Shown: one piece after another, positions 9,272-19,126 of the stretch
Layout of the letters: each line of letters starts with the position of its first letter
Numbering within the stretch: the first letter of the stretch is position 1
DNA from: an uncultured Gammaproteobacteria bacterium
GTDB lineage: Bacteria > Patescibacteriota > Microgenomatia > Levybacterales > GWA1-39-11
Direction of reading: 5' to 3'
Assembly: GCA_964504535.1 (NCBI GenBank)
Contig: CAZDED010000006.1
Span: 6,409 to 70,408, forward strand
Length of the DNA: 64,000 bases
The notes under the pieces: model-generated
Database searches by the model: none
The model's input: only the letters and a program-made list of their open reading frames with translations
Told to the model about the DNA's origin: nothing
Position numbers and translations under genes: made by a program

Positions 9272-12051
9272 AATTAAAAATCCTATACCTCATTACTTTT
9301 GCGTTCCTATTTCCTTTGTTTTATTTAGCTACTAATGCTTTCATTTTTTTACCGGTAGATATTCTAAAAGGACTCCCTCTTTTTGGTCTTAAACCTTCCG
9401 GAATTCACAATTCACTCCTTGCCGATCCGGTTTTTCAGTTTGAACCATGGAGAATATTTATGAAGGAATCATTTCTTAATGGACATCTGCCTTTCTGGAA
9501 TGACCTAAATGGAAATGGAGTACCTTTCCTAGCAAATCCAATAACGTCAGTATTTTCTCCGCTAAACCTATTGTATGTTTTTCTGCCTTCTAAATTCTCT
9601 CTATTCATTATGGCAATAGTAAAAATTGGAATATTTTGTATTGGTGTTTATTTCTATTTACGAAAAGTTAGGATATCAAAAGAAATTGCACTGATGGGGA
9701 GTTTAATTTCTATCAGTGGGTATTTCATTCTTTGGTTGGATTGGCCGCAGACGAATGTTTATATGCTTTTCCCGTTCGTTTTATTGTTCGTAGAAAAGTT
9801 ATATGAAAAGATCTCGTTGTCAAACTTTACAATTTTTTCTTTGATATTCTTTTTGGCCTTCTTGGGTGGACATCCGGAAACGTATTTTCAGGTTGCGTTA
9901 GTAGGTTTTCTGTATGGCGTGATTAGATACCCAAGACGGTGGAAGAATCATGTATTTTATTGTCTTGTCGTACTTACCGGTACTCTTTTTGCCGGATTTC
10001 AACTGTTGCCATTTCTTGAGTATCTCTATCGTAGCAATGCACTCAACGCACGCAGCATCACACCTCACTCGGGACTACTTCTGGAAACTTTCATCTTCAA
10101 TTTCTTTCCCTATGTTTTTGGTGCACCACATTTAACGTTCTACAAACCATTTCCAGACACAAATTTTCAAGAAACGACCGGTGGGTATATGGGTATAATT
10201 TTTATTGTACTTATACTAAAGAAAGCAAATACCATCTTTAGTTCTTCACTTCAAAAGACCTGGTTGTTGTTATCAGTCATTTCTTTGCTGCTTGCATATT
10301 CGATACCGGTAATATCTGATATTATTAAATGCACTCCTCTTGGAATCAACGCAAATTCAAGGATGATCGCAACATTAGGATTTGGAATTTTTGTTCTAGG
10401 AATTTCTATACTGGACATTATGTATAGAGCCAAACCAAGGAACTACAGTAAGCTACGATTGCACATTCCTGTTTTGATAATTCTTTCACTTTGCTTGATA
10501 GCAATTCAAACCCAAGTGTCCGATTTTCTGCTTGCTGGTTTTGGTGAAACCAGATCAAATTTTATCCAAGTTCTTATTATATTTATTTCGCTATCCGTAG
10601 TAAGCACGTTCTGCTTCTTTCTGACGCTTCCATTAAGGGGGAAACTACAGAAATACCTATATGTATTTTTACTTACAGCATTTCTTGCAGTACAAACACT
10701 GCTACTTTTCGCGTCATACAATACCGTTGCGGAAAAGAAGTTTTACTATCCAAGCAATGAAGCTATTGAGGTTCTTAAAAAGAGTGGGTTGCCGATACTC
10801 AATGTGGGTAATGTAAATCTATCACCTGATATCAATATGGTTTATGGAATAAAAAGCGTTGAGAATTATGATGCAATGGATATTTTATCGTATAAAAAGT
10901 ATTTTGACCAAAATTTTCCGGATAAAAATAGATGGGGTAATGTTGATAGTGTAACGTTTGAGAGTCTAAAGAAGTTTGGTGTTGGAAGTGTGATATCGGA
11001 TTATGATATCAATAATGAAAAACTTTCTATTCAAAATAAGAGTAACTCGGTAATTCCATTGAATCAAAATACTACGGTTACAGTATATGGAAACGGCAAG
11101 CTGCTTCGTCAGATACGCTTTCTTCCTGCAACATACAACAGGAGTAATAACTGTTTGCTTTCGGTCTCAGTAGTCTCGAATGGGGAAGTTATTGGAAAGA
11201 CTAGTATTTCATGCAACCTATTATATAACGGAATGTTTTATACCATTGATGTGCATCCAAATATTCTTGTTACCGGAAAAAAATATCAAATCATTTTTTC
11301 AAAAACCGGAGATAATATCGCTCTTTTTGGAGAAAAAAATGTACCTTTCTTAGATCTTCTTTTTGATTCCCCGGAAAAAAATTATGTAAAAATGTATAAA
11401 AAAGGTAGTGTTTCGGTCTTTAAAGTTCCCGGTTCAGAGGTAATTGAGACAAAAGCTGGTGTTAAAAATATCCGGTATTCAAGCGGGCGATTGTCATTTA
11501 GCGTAATAGCAAGAGAACCAACAAGTGTTCTTGTAAAAAAGACTTACTTTCCCGGATGGACGGTTACTGTGAACAAAAACAAAATAACATTTTTAGACAA
11601 CAGTCCATTTATGTCTTTTATGGTACCGAAGGGGGAATCAAATATAGTTTTACAGTATCAACCTACTATTTTTTATTTAGGATTGCTAGTTTCGGGTGGG
11701 ACATTCTTTATGCTTTTCATAGTAATGATAGTTTATGTATTTAGGAACATCCATAAATGGAGTAGGGCGGTTGTTTTTTTTAGATTTCTAACAACGAAAG
11801 CTCAGGGTAAATCAACGTCTTTTCATATTGGTATTCTTTCACTTGCCTTCTTAACATCAGTTAATTTCTTTCTTTTATTATGTTCGATATTACAGTTGAA
11901 ATTTACAATACCGGATACCACAGCAATCAATTGGTTGACAGTCAATAATTATCCGAAGCAGCAAGACATATTTTATTTTGCTGTAGGATTTCCATTTGTC
12001 ACAATTACATCAATTGTTATTTGGATAACAGTAATATGCAAAAAAAAATAA
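9268..12051 (+). CDS. YfhO-family membrane (GT-C-like) protein
   Basis: LPFWND..GNGVPFLAN, LGGHPE, QLLPFLEY, YFPGW..., LQYQP. Confidence 0.78.
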   Translation: MKLKILYLITFAFLFPLFYLATNAFIFLPVDILKGLPLFGLKPSGIHNSLLADPVFQFEPWRIFMKESFLNGHLPFWNDLNGNGVPFLANPITSVFSPLNLLYVFLPSKFSLFIMAIVKIGIFCIGVYFYLRKVRISKEIALMGSLISISGYFILWLDWPQTNVYMLFPFVLLFVEKLYEKISLSNFTIFSLIFFLAFLGGHPETYFQVALVGFLYGVIRYPRRWKNHVFYCLVVLTGTLFAGFQLLPFLEYLYRSNALNARSITPHSGLLLETFIFNFFPYVFGAPHLTFYKPFPDTNFQETTGGYMGIIFIVLILKKANTIFSSSLQKTWLLLSVISLLLAYSIPVISDIIKCTPLGINANSRMIATLGFGIFVLGISILDIMYRAKPRNYSKLRLHIPVLIILSLCLIAIQTQVSDFLLAGFGETRSNFIQVLIIFISLSVVSTFCFFLTLPLRGKLQKYLYVFLLTAFLAVQTLLLFASYNTVAEKKFYYPSNEAIEVLKKSGLPILNVGNVNLSPDINMVYGIKSVENYDAMDILSYKKYFDQNFPDKNRWGNVDSVTFESLKKFGVGSVISDYDINNEKLSIQNKSNSVIPLNQNTTVTVYGNGKLLRQIRFLPATYNRSNNCLLSVSVVSNGEVIGKTSISCNLLYNGMFYTIDVHPNILVTGKKYQIIFSKTGDNIALFGEKNVPFLDLLFDSPEKNYVKMYKKGSVSVFKVPGSEVIETKAGVKNIRYSSGRLSFSVIAREPTSVLVKKTYFPGWTVTVNKNKITFLDNSPFMSFMVPKGESNIVLQYQPTIFYLGLLVSGGTFFMLFIVMIVYVFRNIHKWSRAVVFFRFLTTKAQGKSTSFHIGILSLAFLTSVNFFLLLCSILQLKFTIPDTTAINWLTVNNYPKQQDIFYFAVGFPFVTITSIVIWITVICKKK

Positions 12052-13586
12052 TACCCATACTTTTCATTATCTTTTTCTCATTGCTTCTTGGGACATCCAC
12101 TTCCGGCAATTTTTTTAGTGGTGATATCAACATGATTGATGAAGGTCAGTTTTCGGCTTGGGCTAACCACATGATTCATGGAAAGCTTCTTTTCAAAGAT
12201 ATATATATAACATATGGACCTTTAAGCGTTTATCCTCTTTTTTGGTTATTCCAAATATTTGGAGCTTCTGCATTTCTTGTAAGACTATATTTAACACTCG
12301 GCGGGACACTAGGGATTATTGCAACATTTTTATTGATGCAAGAGTTAAAAATAAAGAAATGGATAACAACCATTTTTCTTGGAGTGTTTTTATTGATTCC
12401 TGCATTCAATTTGCGTGAGAGTGTTGGGTTATGGGCGCTCTACTTCCTCGTACTGTCGATTCGCAATAAATCAATAAAAATAAGTTTTTTGGCTGGCATA
12501 GTTGCAGCTCTTTCCTATCTCGTAAGTCCGGATTTTGGACTGTTTATAATCCTTGTCTCAACGTTTCATTATTCGGTATTTCTGTTGACATCTCAAAAAG
12601 TAAAAGTTGATGTAATAATTTTTGGTGGGAACGTTCTCGGTTTTTTAACAGTTATTTCCTCTTTCCTTTTTTGGGCATTTGGTCAACAGTGGTTGAATGA
12701 ATATGTTTTAGGAACAGTTGATATCATAACCTCAATTTCAGGAATCAATGTTCCTAATGGTGTTAACTTCCCATCACCTCTTTCGGTTCTATCAATAGGT
12801 GATTTCGGTATGTTTGGTAAGTTTTTAATTGGCCACGAGATGCTTCTTTATTGGAGTATATGTATATATTTTGCTGCAGTATTTTATATAATTGTCAAAT
12901 TTATTCAGAGAAGACTTGGAAAAGAAGATTATGTTTTTGTGCTTATATCCTTTTTTGGACTTCTAGTCTATACAATTTTACTTACGCGACATGGGGCAGG
13001 TCACTATTTCTATACGCTACCGGCAAATCTGATAGTTTGTGCGTATTTTCTCAATGCGTTATTAAATGTAAAAAAGAAAGAAAAAGTAATTTATATTTTC
13101 ATGTTTCTTATAGTTCTGTACCTGATAAGAATTTTATATCTAAACAATCCAATGATTAGATTCTCCCTAAATATTCCTTCGTATATTTCACCACATTTTG
13201 GGAGTCTTGATAGGGTAGGTTTGCTAAATATATCTTCAGCTCAGACGAGAAAGATTATTTTTTATCAGCAGTTCATCTCAAGTAATACAACAAATAAAGA
13301 CTACATTTTTCTTTTCAATGACACACCATCAGTTTATATGTTAGTTGACCGCGTCAATCCAACAAAATTTGACCTGCCATTTATTGGAAACCGGTTGGAG
13401 AAACGAATGGATATTTTGCGTGACCTCACCAATAATAAGCCCAAATATGTCTTTATTGATAATGATGCATGGCCTGTTGATGGAATTTCTAATAAGGTGC
13501 GGTTGCCGGAAGTATATAAATTCATACAAGAGAATTATGTTCTCCTTGAGAAAAATGAAAACGTAGAAATATACAAATTAAAGTAA
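12036..13586 (+). CDS. Polytopic membrane protein, probable GT-C glycosyltransferase
   Basis: IDEG after the first TM, LFKDIYITYGPL, many TMs, soluble C-terminal domain. Confidence 0.62.
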   Translation: MQKKIIPILFIIFFSLLLGTSTSGNFFSGDINMIDEGQFSAWANHMIHGKLLFKDIYITYGPLSVYPLFWLFQIFGASAFLVRLYLTLGGTLGIIATFLLMQELKIKKWITTIFLGVFLLIPAFNLRESVGLWALYFLVLSIRNKSIKISFLAGIVAALSYLVSPDFGLFIILVSTFHYSVFLLTSQKVKVDVIIFGGNVLGFLTVISSFLFWAFGQQWLNEYVLGTVDIITSISGINVPNGVNFPSPLSVLSIGDFGMFGKFLIGHEMLLYWSICIYFAAVFYIIVKFIQRRLGKEDYVFVLISFFGLLVYTILLTRHGAGHYFYTLPANLIVCAYFLNALLNVKKKEKVIYIFMFLIVLYLIRILYLNNPMIRFSLNIPSYISPHFGSLDRVGLLNISSAQTRKIIFYQQFISSNTTNKDYIFLFNDTPSVYMLVDRVNPTKFDLPFIGNRLEKRMDILRDLTNNKPKYVFIDNDAWPVDGISNKVRLPEVYKFIQENYVLLEKNENVEIYKLK

Positions 13587-14315
13587 CCCTCTGGGTATTG
13601 GAAGAGTAAAGAGCCTGTTTCGGAAAAGTGCTAATAAAAACCACGGTGTATAAGCTACAATTGATCTTCTCAGTTGAAAATTTGTTTTTCCATGCTGCCT
13701 GTCTTTCCAAACTGTCGGTATTTCAATGATCTTTGCTTTCAATAGATGCGCCTTAACGACTATCTCAAGAGTTACACTAAAACTGATAGTACTTTTAAGA
13801 TTCAATCTATCCAACATTTTCTTTGAATAGAGTTTATAGCTATTTGTGGGATCACTTGTTGGAATTCCCGTAAAAAACTTGAGCAAAAAGCCTGCTGCTT
13901 TTGGAAGTCCAACTTTAAAGGGAGCATCCAGTTCTTGTCTTCCTCCTTTTGTATATCTGGAGGGGCAGACAACGCCCTCTTTTTTACCAAGGAGTTTTAC
14001 CATTCTATCTACTTGGGAAAGATCATCACACAAATCAGCCATTGAGACCAATATTAGCGGGGATCTTGCTGATTGTATTCCTGTTCTTATTGCTCCTGAT
14101 GGACCTCTTTCAACCGTGTTAATAGTTGGGTAAAGATTTTTTAACTTTTTTTCAAATTTTTTAAGAACGGGAACAGTTGTGTCTTTTTTTGAATCGTATA
14201 CTACAATTATCTCGTGCTTGGTCTTAATGTTTTTTTTAATACTTTTAAGAGTTAGTGTTATATTTTCCGCTTCGTTATAGACAGGAATAACAATCGATAA
14301 CAATGGTAGTTTCAT
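13578..14315 (-). CDS. GT2, polyprenyl-phosphate glycosyltransferase (DPM1-like)
   Basis: SIVIPVYNEAENI, MADLCDD, SRY, DPTNSYKLY, IIEIPTVWKDRQHGKT. Confidence 0.85.
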   Translation of the reverse strand: MKLPLLSIVIPVYNEAENITLTLKSIKKNIKTKHEIIVVYDSKKDTTVPVLKKFEKKLKNLYPTINTVERGPSGAIRTGIQSARSPLILVSMADLCDDLSQVDRMVKLLGKKEGVVCPSRYTKGGRQELDAPFKVGLPKAAGFLLKFFTGIPTSDPTNSYKLYSKKMLDRLNLKSTISFSVTLEIVVKAHLLKAKIIEIPTVWKDRQHGKTNFQLRRSIVAYTPWFLLALFRNRLFTLPIPRGLL

Positions 14316-15580
14316 CTAACTATTCGTGGAGTTGGAAGAGGCACGATAAAGCTTCCTTTAAATCCTTTTTCCTTTAATTTAGGGATAAGTTCCCGGCTTA
14401 TATGCCACGATAATAATAAAGCATACTCTGGTTGGTCTGCAATTAATTTTTGTTCATCAAAAACAGGAATGAGAGTTCCGGGCATGTATTTGCCAACTTT
14501 TTGAGAACCCTTTGTTTCCAAAACGCACGGCATGATATCAGAATCCAGACCAACATAACTAATAAGCGTTGATCCACGCGCTGGTGCACCAATTCCATAG
14601 ATTGTTCCTCCCTTTTCTTTTATTTTATTAAGCAAGTTATAAAGCTTTAATTTGGACATAACAACCTTATCTTTAAAGTCTTCAAATTGCTTGACGCTTG
14701 TTACAACTTTCTTTTCAACGTTAAGCATTTCACGTACATTTTTGTTTATTTTATATTTCCCAGCTCTGGCTGCGTATACACGAATTGATCCACCGTGTGG
14801 TGGGATTTCCCGGGCATAAAATACTTCAAGCCCATGCATAGCCAAAAGGTATTTGAGACTGTGTAGAGAGTAATATCTGAGGTGCTCATGGTAGATTGTG
14901 TCATATTGAACCGTTTTTATTAAAGACAGGAGGTAGTGAGATTCAGAAATAAATACTCCATCTGTTGCTAATATTTTCTTTATGTTTTTGATGACTTCAT
15001 TTACATCCTCTATGTGGGCAAATACATTTGTAGCTGTGATGATTTTTGCTTTGCCATATTTTTTGATAACTTTATCCGCTACTTTTTCGGTGAAGTAATC
15101 AATAATCGTAGGAATTCCGTTTTGGATTGCAATTTTTCCAATTTCTTCAGGAGTGATTCCCAGAACTTTATTTTTATCTTTAAAATTATTCAGCAAATTA
15201 CCATCATTTGACCCGATATCAATCACAAGATCATTTTCTTTTAATGGAATTAAAGTATTTGTTTCATCAGCCAACTGTTTAAAATTGTCTCTTAAAACTT
15301 TTGTCGTACTGCTTGTGTATGGATATTCCGGAGGAAATAAAATGTTTGGATCTACAATAAGACCGAGCTGGACCAAGTGACATTTTTTGCAATAAAGCAT
15401 TTGAGCAGGATAGCTTGGTTGTTCTTGCGGAATTGTACCAACCTTAATGAGATTATTAACAGGGGGAAGATATCCAAGAAAAATTATAGAATGGAGTTTT
15501 TCATAACCGCAGCTTTGGCATCTGTCAACCACAACACTTTTTCCACTATTTATTGCTAATTTTGGTTTTAACTTATTCAT
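14312..15580 (-). CDS. SAM-dependent NDP-sugar C-methyltransferase (TcaB9/NovU-like)
   Basis: Zn ligands CQSC/CKKC, YPYTSS, DIGSNDG, NVFAH, YDTIYHEH, HGGS, GAPARG, LLLSW. Confidence 0.9.
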   Translation of the reverse strand: MNKLKPKLAINSGKSVVVDRCQSCGYEKLHSIIFLGYLPPVNNLIKVGTIPQEQPSYPAQMLYCKKCHLVQLGLIVDPNILFPPEYPYTSSTTKVLRDNFKQLADETNTLIPLKENDLVIDIGSNDGNLLNNFKDKNKVLGITPEEIGKIAIQNGIPTIIDYFTEKVADKVIKKYGKAKIITATNVFAHIEDVNEVIKNIKKILATDGVFISESHYLLSLIKTVQYDTIYHEHLRYYSLHSLKYLLAMHGLEVFYAREIPPHGGSIRVYAARAGKYKINKNVREMLNVEKKVVTSVKQFEDFKDKVVMSKLKLYNLLNKIKEKGGTIYGIGAPARGSTLISYVGLDSDIMPCVLETKGSQKVGKYMPGTLIPVFDEQKLIADQPEYALLLSWHISRELIPKLKEKGFKGSFIVPLPTPRIVR

Positions 15581-16529
15581 CGTTTAGGTCTTTATTGTAA
15601 CATAAATATGTATTTTGCAAACCCTTTTCCAGAGAAGTTTTTGACCGGAATCCAAGCTTTCTAATTTTTGAAGTGTCTGGGCACCTTCTCATAACGCTGC
15701 CTTTTGGAAGAACAGTTTTTGTTACCTTGATATCAACTCCAGCAACTTTTGAGATATATGAAATTAATTGAAGAACGCTTATTTCTTCCTCTGTTCCGAT
15801 ATTGTATGTTTCGGAATTTACACCCTTATTCAGCAAGAGCGTTACGGCATCTACGAAATCGTCAATATATATAAAAGCTCTGGTATTTTTTCCATCACCC
15901 TGTATAGGAAGATTAACTTTCCCTGACTTACTCAGTTTTATAACTTTCTCGATGAGTTCTGGTATTACATGCTCATGTCCCATGTTTGGGCCATAGACAT
16001 TGTGAGGTCTAAAGATGACAACTCTTTTAAAAATCTTTTGACCCATATACAAACTCAAAAGTTCGCTTATTATTTTTCCAGCAGCATAGGAGTACCGGGG
16101 GTTATATGCATCAGGTATTAAAAATGGTACATTTTCAGGTGTTGGGATTTTTGGTGGGGTTTGATAAACTTCAGAGCTTGAAGCGAGAAAAAGCTCTGTT
16201 ACCTTTTTCTCTCGCGCTGCGTCAAGTACGTTCATCATGCCTTTGACACCAACTTCAAGAACGAGATCAGGATATTCGTAGAAGTATTTAGTCCCGTTAA
16301 TGTATGCAAGGTGAATTATTGAATCTATATTTTTACATGCATTAACAACATCTTCCTTTTTGCGGATATCCCCATCAAAGAGTTCAGTATTTTTATTTTT
16401 AGAAAGCTTGGTGCCTGAGCCCCGAAATCCATTATCAAAAACTCTTACGAAGTTCCCTTCTTCGATAAGTCTTTTAACAATTGCAGAACCAATAAAACCG
16501 GAACCGCCCGTTACTAAGTATCTTTTCAT
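15573..16529 (-). CDS. NAD-dependent nucleotide-sugar epimerase/dehydratase/decarboxylase (extended SDR)
   Basis: TGGSGFIG, ASSSEVY, YAAGK, HNVYGP, RRCPD. Confidence 0.9.
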   Translation of the reverse strand: MKRYLVTGGSGFIGSAIVKRLIEEGNFVRVFDNGFRGSGTKLSKNKNTELFDGDIRKKEDVVNACKNIDSIIHLAYINGTKYFYEYPDLVLEVGVKGMMNVLDAAREKKVTELFLASSSEVYQTPPKIPTPENVPFLIPDAYNPRYSYAAGKIISELLSLYMGQKIFKRVVIFRPHNVYGPNMGHEHVIPELIEKVIKLSKSGKVNLPIQGDGKNTRAFIYIDDFVDAVTLLLNKGVNSETYNIGTEEEISVLQLISYISKVAGVDIKVTKTVLPKGSVMRRCPDTSKIRKLGFRSKTSLEKGLQNTYLCYNKDLNDE

Positions 16530-16577
16530 TTTGTAAACACATTATATATAATTGACACATCTAAGTAAATTCATTCG

Positions 16578-17456
16578 ATGAAATCAACAAAAATAATATT
16601 ATTCGGTTCGACCGGAATGGTAGGATCAAGAATTGTAGAGCTCCTTTCAGATACGCTGGAGATAGTAAAACCTTCAAGATCAGAGGTAGATCTCAATAAG
16701 GATTACCACATAGAAAAATTCCTCGATAAAAATAACGCCGATTACATCGTGTATGCTGCTGGAGTGACAAGACAGGATCAAGCTGAGGAAGAAAAAGATT
16801 TGGCGTTACGTCTGAATGCTACCGTACCAAATGTGATTGCTAATGCAGCAAGTAAAAATTCAATACCACTCATTTACTTTTCGACGGATGCTGTTTTTGA
16901 TGGAAATAAATCAGACAGTCCATATAGAGAAGATGATCTTATAAGCCCGGTCAACTACTATGGTTTAACAAAAGCTTATGGGGAGGAATCAGTTCTTGCT
17001 ACGAGCAGCCGGAATTTAGTGATTAGATTGATTTCGGTGTATTCTGGCAGCTACGAAAGGAAGATAGATTTTGCAAGAAGAGCGCTTGTAACGCTTTTGA
17101 AGAACGAGCATTATGAAGGAATCACGGATCTATTTTTCAATCCTACCTATTGTGACGATGCTGTAAATAGTCTAAATTGTGCAATCGCAAAAAAAGCATC
17201 AGGGATTTTTCATATTGGTTCTTATGATGCTATCTCAAATTATGAATTCATGGTTCTTTTAGCTGAAAGTTTTTCAATAAAGAAAAACCTGGTCAAGCCC
17301 GTAACTTTTAAAAACTTCTTTGCAAATAGTAAAGCTCAAAGAGGCCAATTTACCTGGCTCGATACTTCAAAAGCACGGAGACTGTTTGGTGAAAACGTGA
17401 TTAGTACGAATGCTTTCAATTTGAGTAGGTTCAGGGAGGAATTTAATTCTCGGTGA
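16578..17456 (+). CDS. rmlD: dTDP-4-dehydrorhamnose reductase-like SDR
   Basis: GSTGMVG, YFSTDAVFDG, PVNYYGLTKAYGE. Confidence 0.8.
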   Translation: MKSTKIILFGSTGMVGSRIVELLSDTLEIVKPSRSEVDLNKDYHIEKFLDKNNADYIVYAAGVTRQDQAEEEKDLALRLNATVPNVIANAASKNSIPLIYFSTDAVFDGNKSDSPYREDDLISPVNYYGLTKAYGEESVLATSSRNLVIRLISVYSGSYERKIDFARRALVTLLKNEHYEGITDLFFNPTYCDDAVNSLNCAIAKKASGIFHIGSYDAISNYEFMVLLAESFSIKKNLVKPVTFKNFFANSKAQRGQFTWLDTSKARRLFGENVISTNAFNLSRFREEFNSR

Positions 17457-17468
17457 TATAATGTACCG

Positions 17469-19001
17469 ATGGTAGGTCTTATTAAGAAACATTATCTTTT
17501 CTACTCTTTACTTTTTTTCATAGGCATAGTTTCCCGTTTCCCTTTTCTTGAGAAAGCACAGTCTCACTGGGACGGGCCGGATTATACAATTGGAATACTG
17601 CATTATTCCTTCATTGAGAAAACCCCATCACCTCCTGGATATCCTTTGTACATAGCAATAGGTAAATTTTTCAATTTTTTTATCTCCGATCCTCATATGT
17701 CGATAGTACTTGTTAGTGTTCTCTTTGCGGGAGTAGGGGCGGTAGTTTTTTATCTTACAGGAAAATTAATGTTTGACAGGGTTGTTGGTCTTATTGCTAC
17801 AAGCATATTTCTTTCTGCGCCAACAATTTACTATTTTGGTGTCACTGCAAACCCATACGGGATCTTACCGGTTACATCGTCATTGGTAGCTTTAGTCGTA
17901 TTTCTGATATTGAAGAAAAAAAGAGATTATGGTTTTCTTTTAGCATTGGTGTTTTCTTTCGCAATCGGGATTAGACCACAAGATGCAATGTTTTTGACGC
18001 CACTTTATTTGCTGGGGTGTTTTTATCTTAAATCCAAGGAAAGAATAATAAGTATTGCCGCGCTAATATTTCTTACATTGTTTTGGTTTTTGCCGACAAC
18101 GGTTGTCGTAGGTGGAATAGGTCAGTACTTTTCATATGTCATTTCCTTTGCAAAAAATGACGCGGCACCAAATCTTTCATTACAAAGAATAATTCAAATT
18201 TTGCCCATCATTATTAAGGGTGTTTATCTTACATGTGGACTGGCAAGTATATTTCTGTTTGTGATATTAAAATACATAAAGAATGTCGTTTATCCAAGCG
18301 AACTTCTGGGTAAAAATATAAAACCATATTTTCTCGTCTACTCCTTTTGGATTACACCATCTTTACTATTCAATCTCTTTATAAGAAGTGATCATGCAGC
18401 TCATCAGATGGCATATTTATCTGCATTTATACTACTTGTAAGTTATTTTCTTAAAAAAACGTTTCGGAAGAAAACTATTGTTGTCGTGCTGGTTGTAGTT
18501 GTGGTAAATCTCATTACTTTTTTTCGTGACCGTGATCCACAGCGTGTTAAACCTTACGTTTCGCAATCATTTCACTATTCTGAAATAACAAAAAATAACC
18601 TTCGCATGCATGCGTTTGAAGATTTTATTGTCAATAAGTACCAACCTTATGAAACACTAATGGTTGTAGATCCGGAGATTTTTAGATCTGTTTCCTACCA
18701 TTTAAAGAGTTTTCGTGTCTATTCCTTTGGTGCTATTGATACTAACAATATACCTCATGCAAATATTGTGCACGCATCTTTTGATTGGCATTACATAAAA
18801 ACTATTAAGACAGTTCATGAGTTCATAATTCCAAACGGAACTCACTATATTCTTTTTTATAATAATAACAAACCAATTGTTTTTGAAAAGCTTGATGTTA
18901 GATCACTCCTTTTATCAGGAAATCAGAAAGTATACATATTGCAGGTGCAAGGAAAAAAAACGCTTCGGCTTTCGAAAGGACAAATTAGCGCTTTGGATTA
19001 A
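17469..19001 (+). CDS. Polytopic membrane protein, probable GT-C glycosyltransferase
   Basis: HWDGPDY, PSPPGYPLY, GIRPQD, many TMs. Confidence 0.65.
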   Translation: MVGLIKKHYLFYSLLFFIGIVSRFPFLEKAQSHWDGPDYTIGILHYSFIEKTPSPPGYPLYIAIGKFFNFFISDPHMSIVLVSVLFAGVGAVVFYLTGKLMFDRVVGLIATSIFLSAPTIYYFGVTANPYGILPVTSSLVALVVFLILKKKRDYGFLLALVFSFAIGIRPQDAMFLTPLYLLGCFYLKSKERIISIAALIFLTLFWFLPTTVVVGGIGQYFSYVISFAKNDAAPNLSLQRIIQILPIIIKGVYLTCGLASIFLFVILKYIKNVVYPSELLGKNIKPYFLVYSFWITPSLLFNLFIRSDHAAHQMAYLSAFILLVSYFLKKTFRKKTIVVVLVVVVVNLITFFRDRDPQRVKPYVSQSFHYSEITKNNLRMHAFEDFIVNKYQPYETLMVVDPEIFRSVSYHLKSFRVYSFGAIDTNNIPHANIVHASFDWHYIKTIKTVHEFIIPNGTHYILFYNNNKPIVFEKLDVRSLLLSGNQKVYILQVQGKKTLRLSKGQISALD

Positions 19002-19003
19002 TG

Positions 19004-19093
19004 TGCAATATTTGGCAGCATAAATAACCAAATTAGCAATTATAATTATGCTATATTTGGCATCTTAAATAACCAAATAAGCAATTTTGATTA
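19004..19093. repeat. Two tandem 45-bp imperfect repeats, each with an internal dyad ATTTGG-N12-CCAAAT
   Basis: tgcaatatttggcagcataaataaccaaattagcaattataatta vs tgctatatttggcatcttaaataaccaaataagcaattttgatta, 39/45 identical. Confidence 0.9.
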
Positions 19094-19095
19094 TG

Positions 19096-19104
19096 TGCTA
19101 TAAT
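19096..19104 (+). promoter_or_regulatory. Extended -10 (TGcTATAAT) upstream of the nucleotide-sugar dehydrogenase
   Basis: Perfect TGnTATAAT directly after the 45-bp repeats, 22 nt before ATG 19127. Confidence 0.6.
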
Positions 19105-19126
19105 CTTTTGATTCTATCTTTTTTCT

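Noticed and set aside
19004-19093. Mini CRISPR array
   Set aside because: Two contiguous units with no unique spacer and no cas genes in the window.
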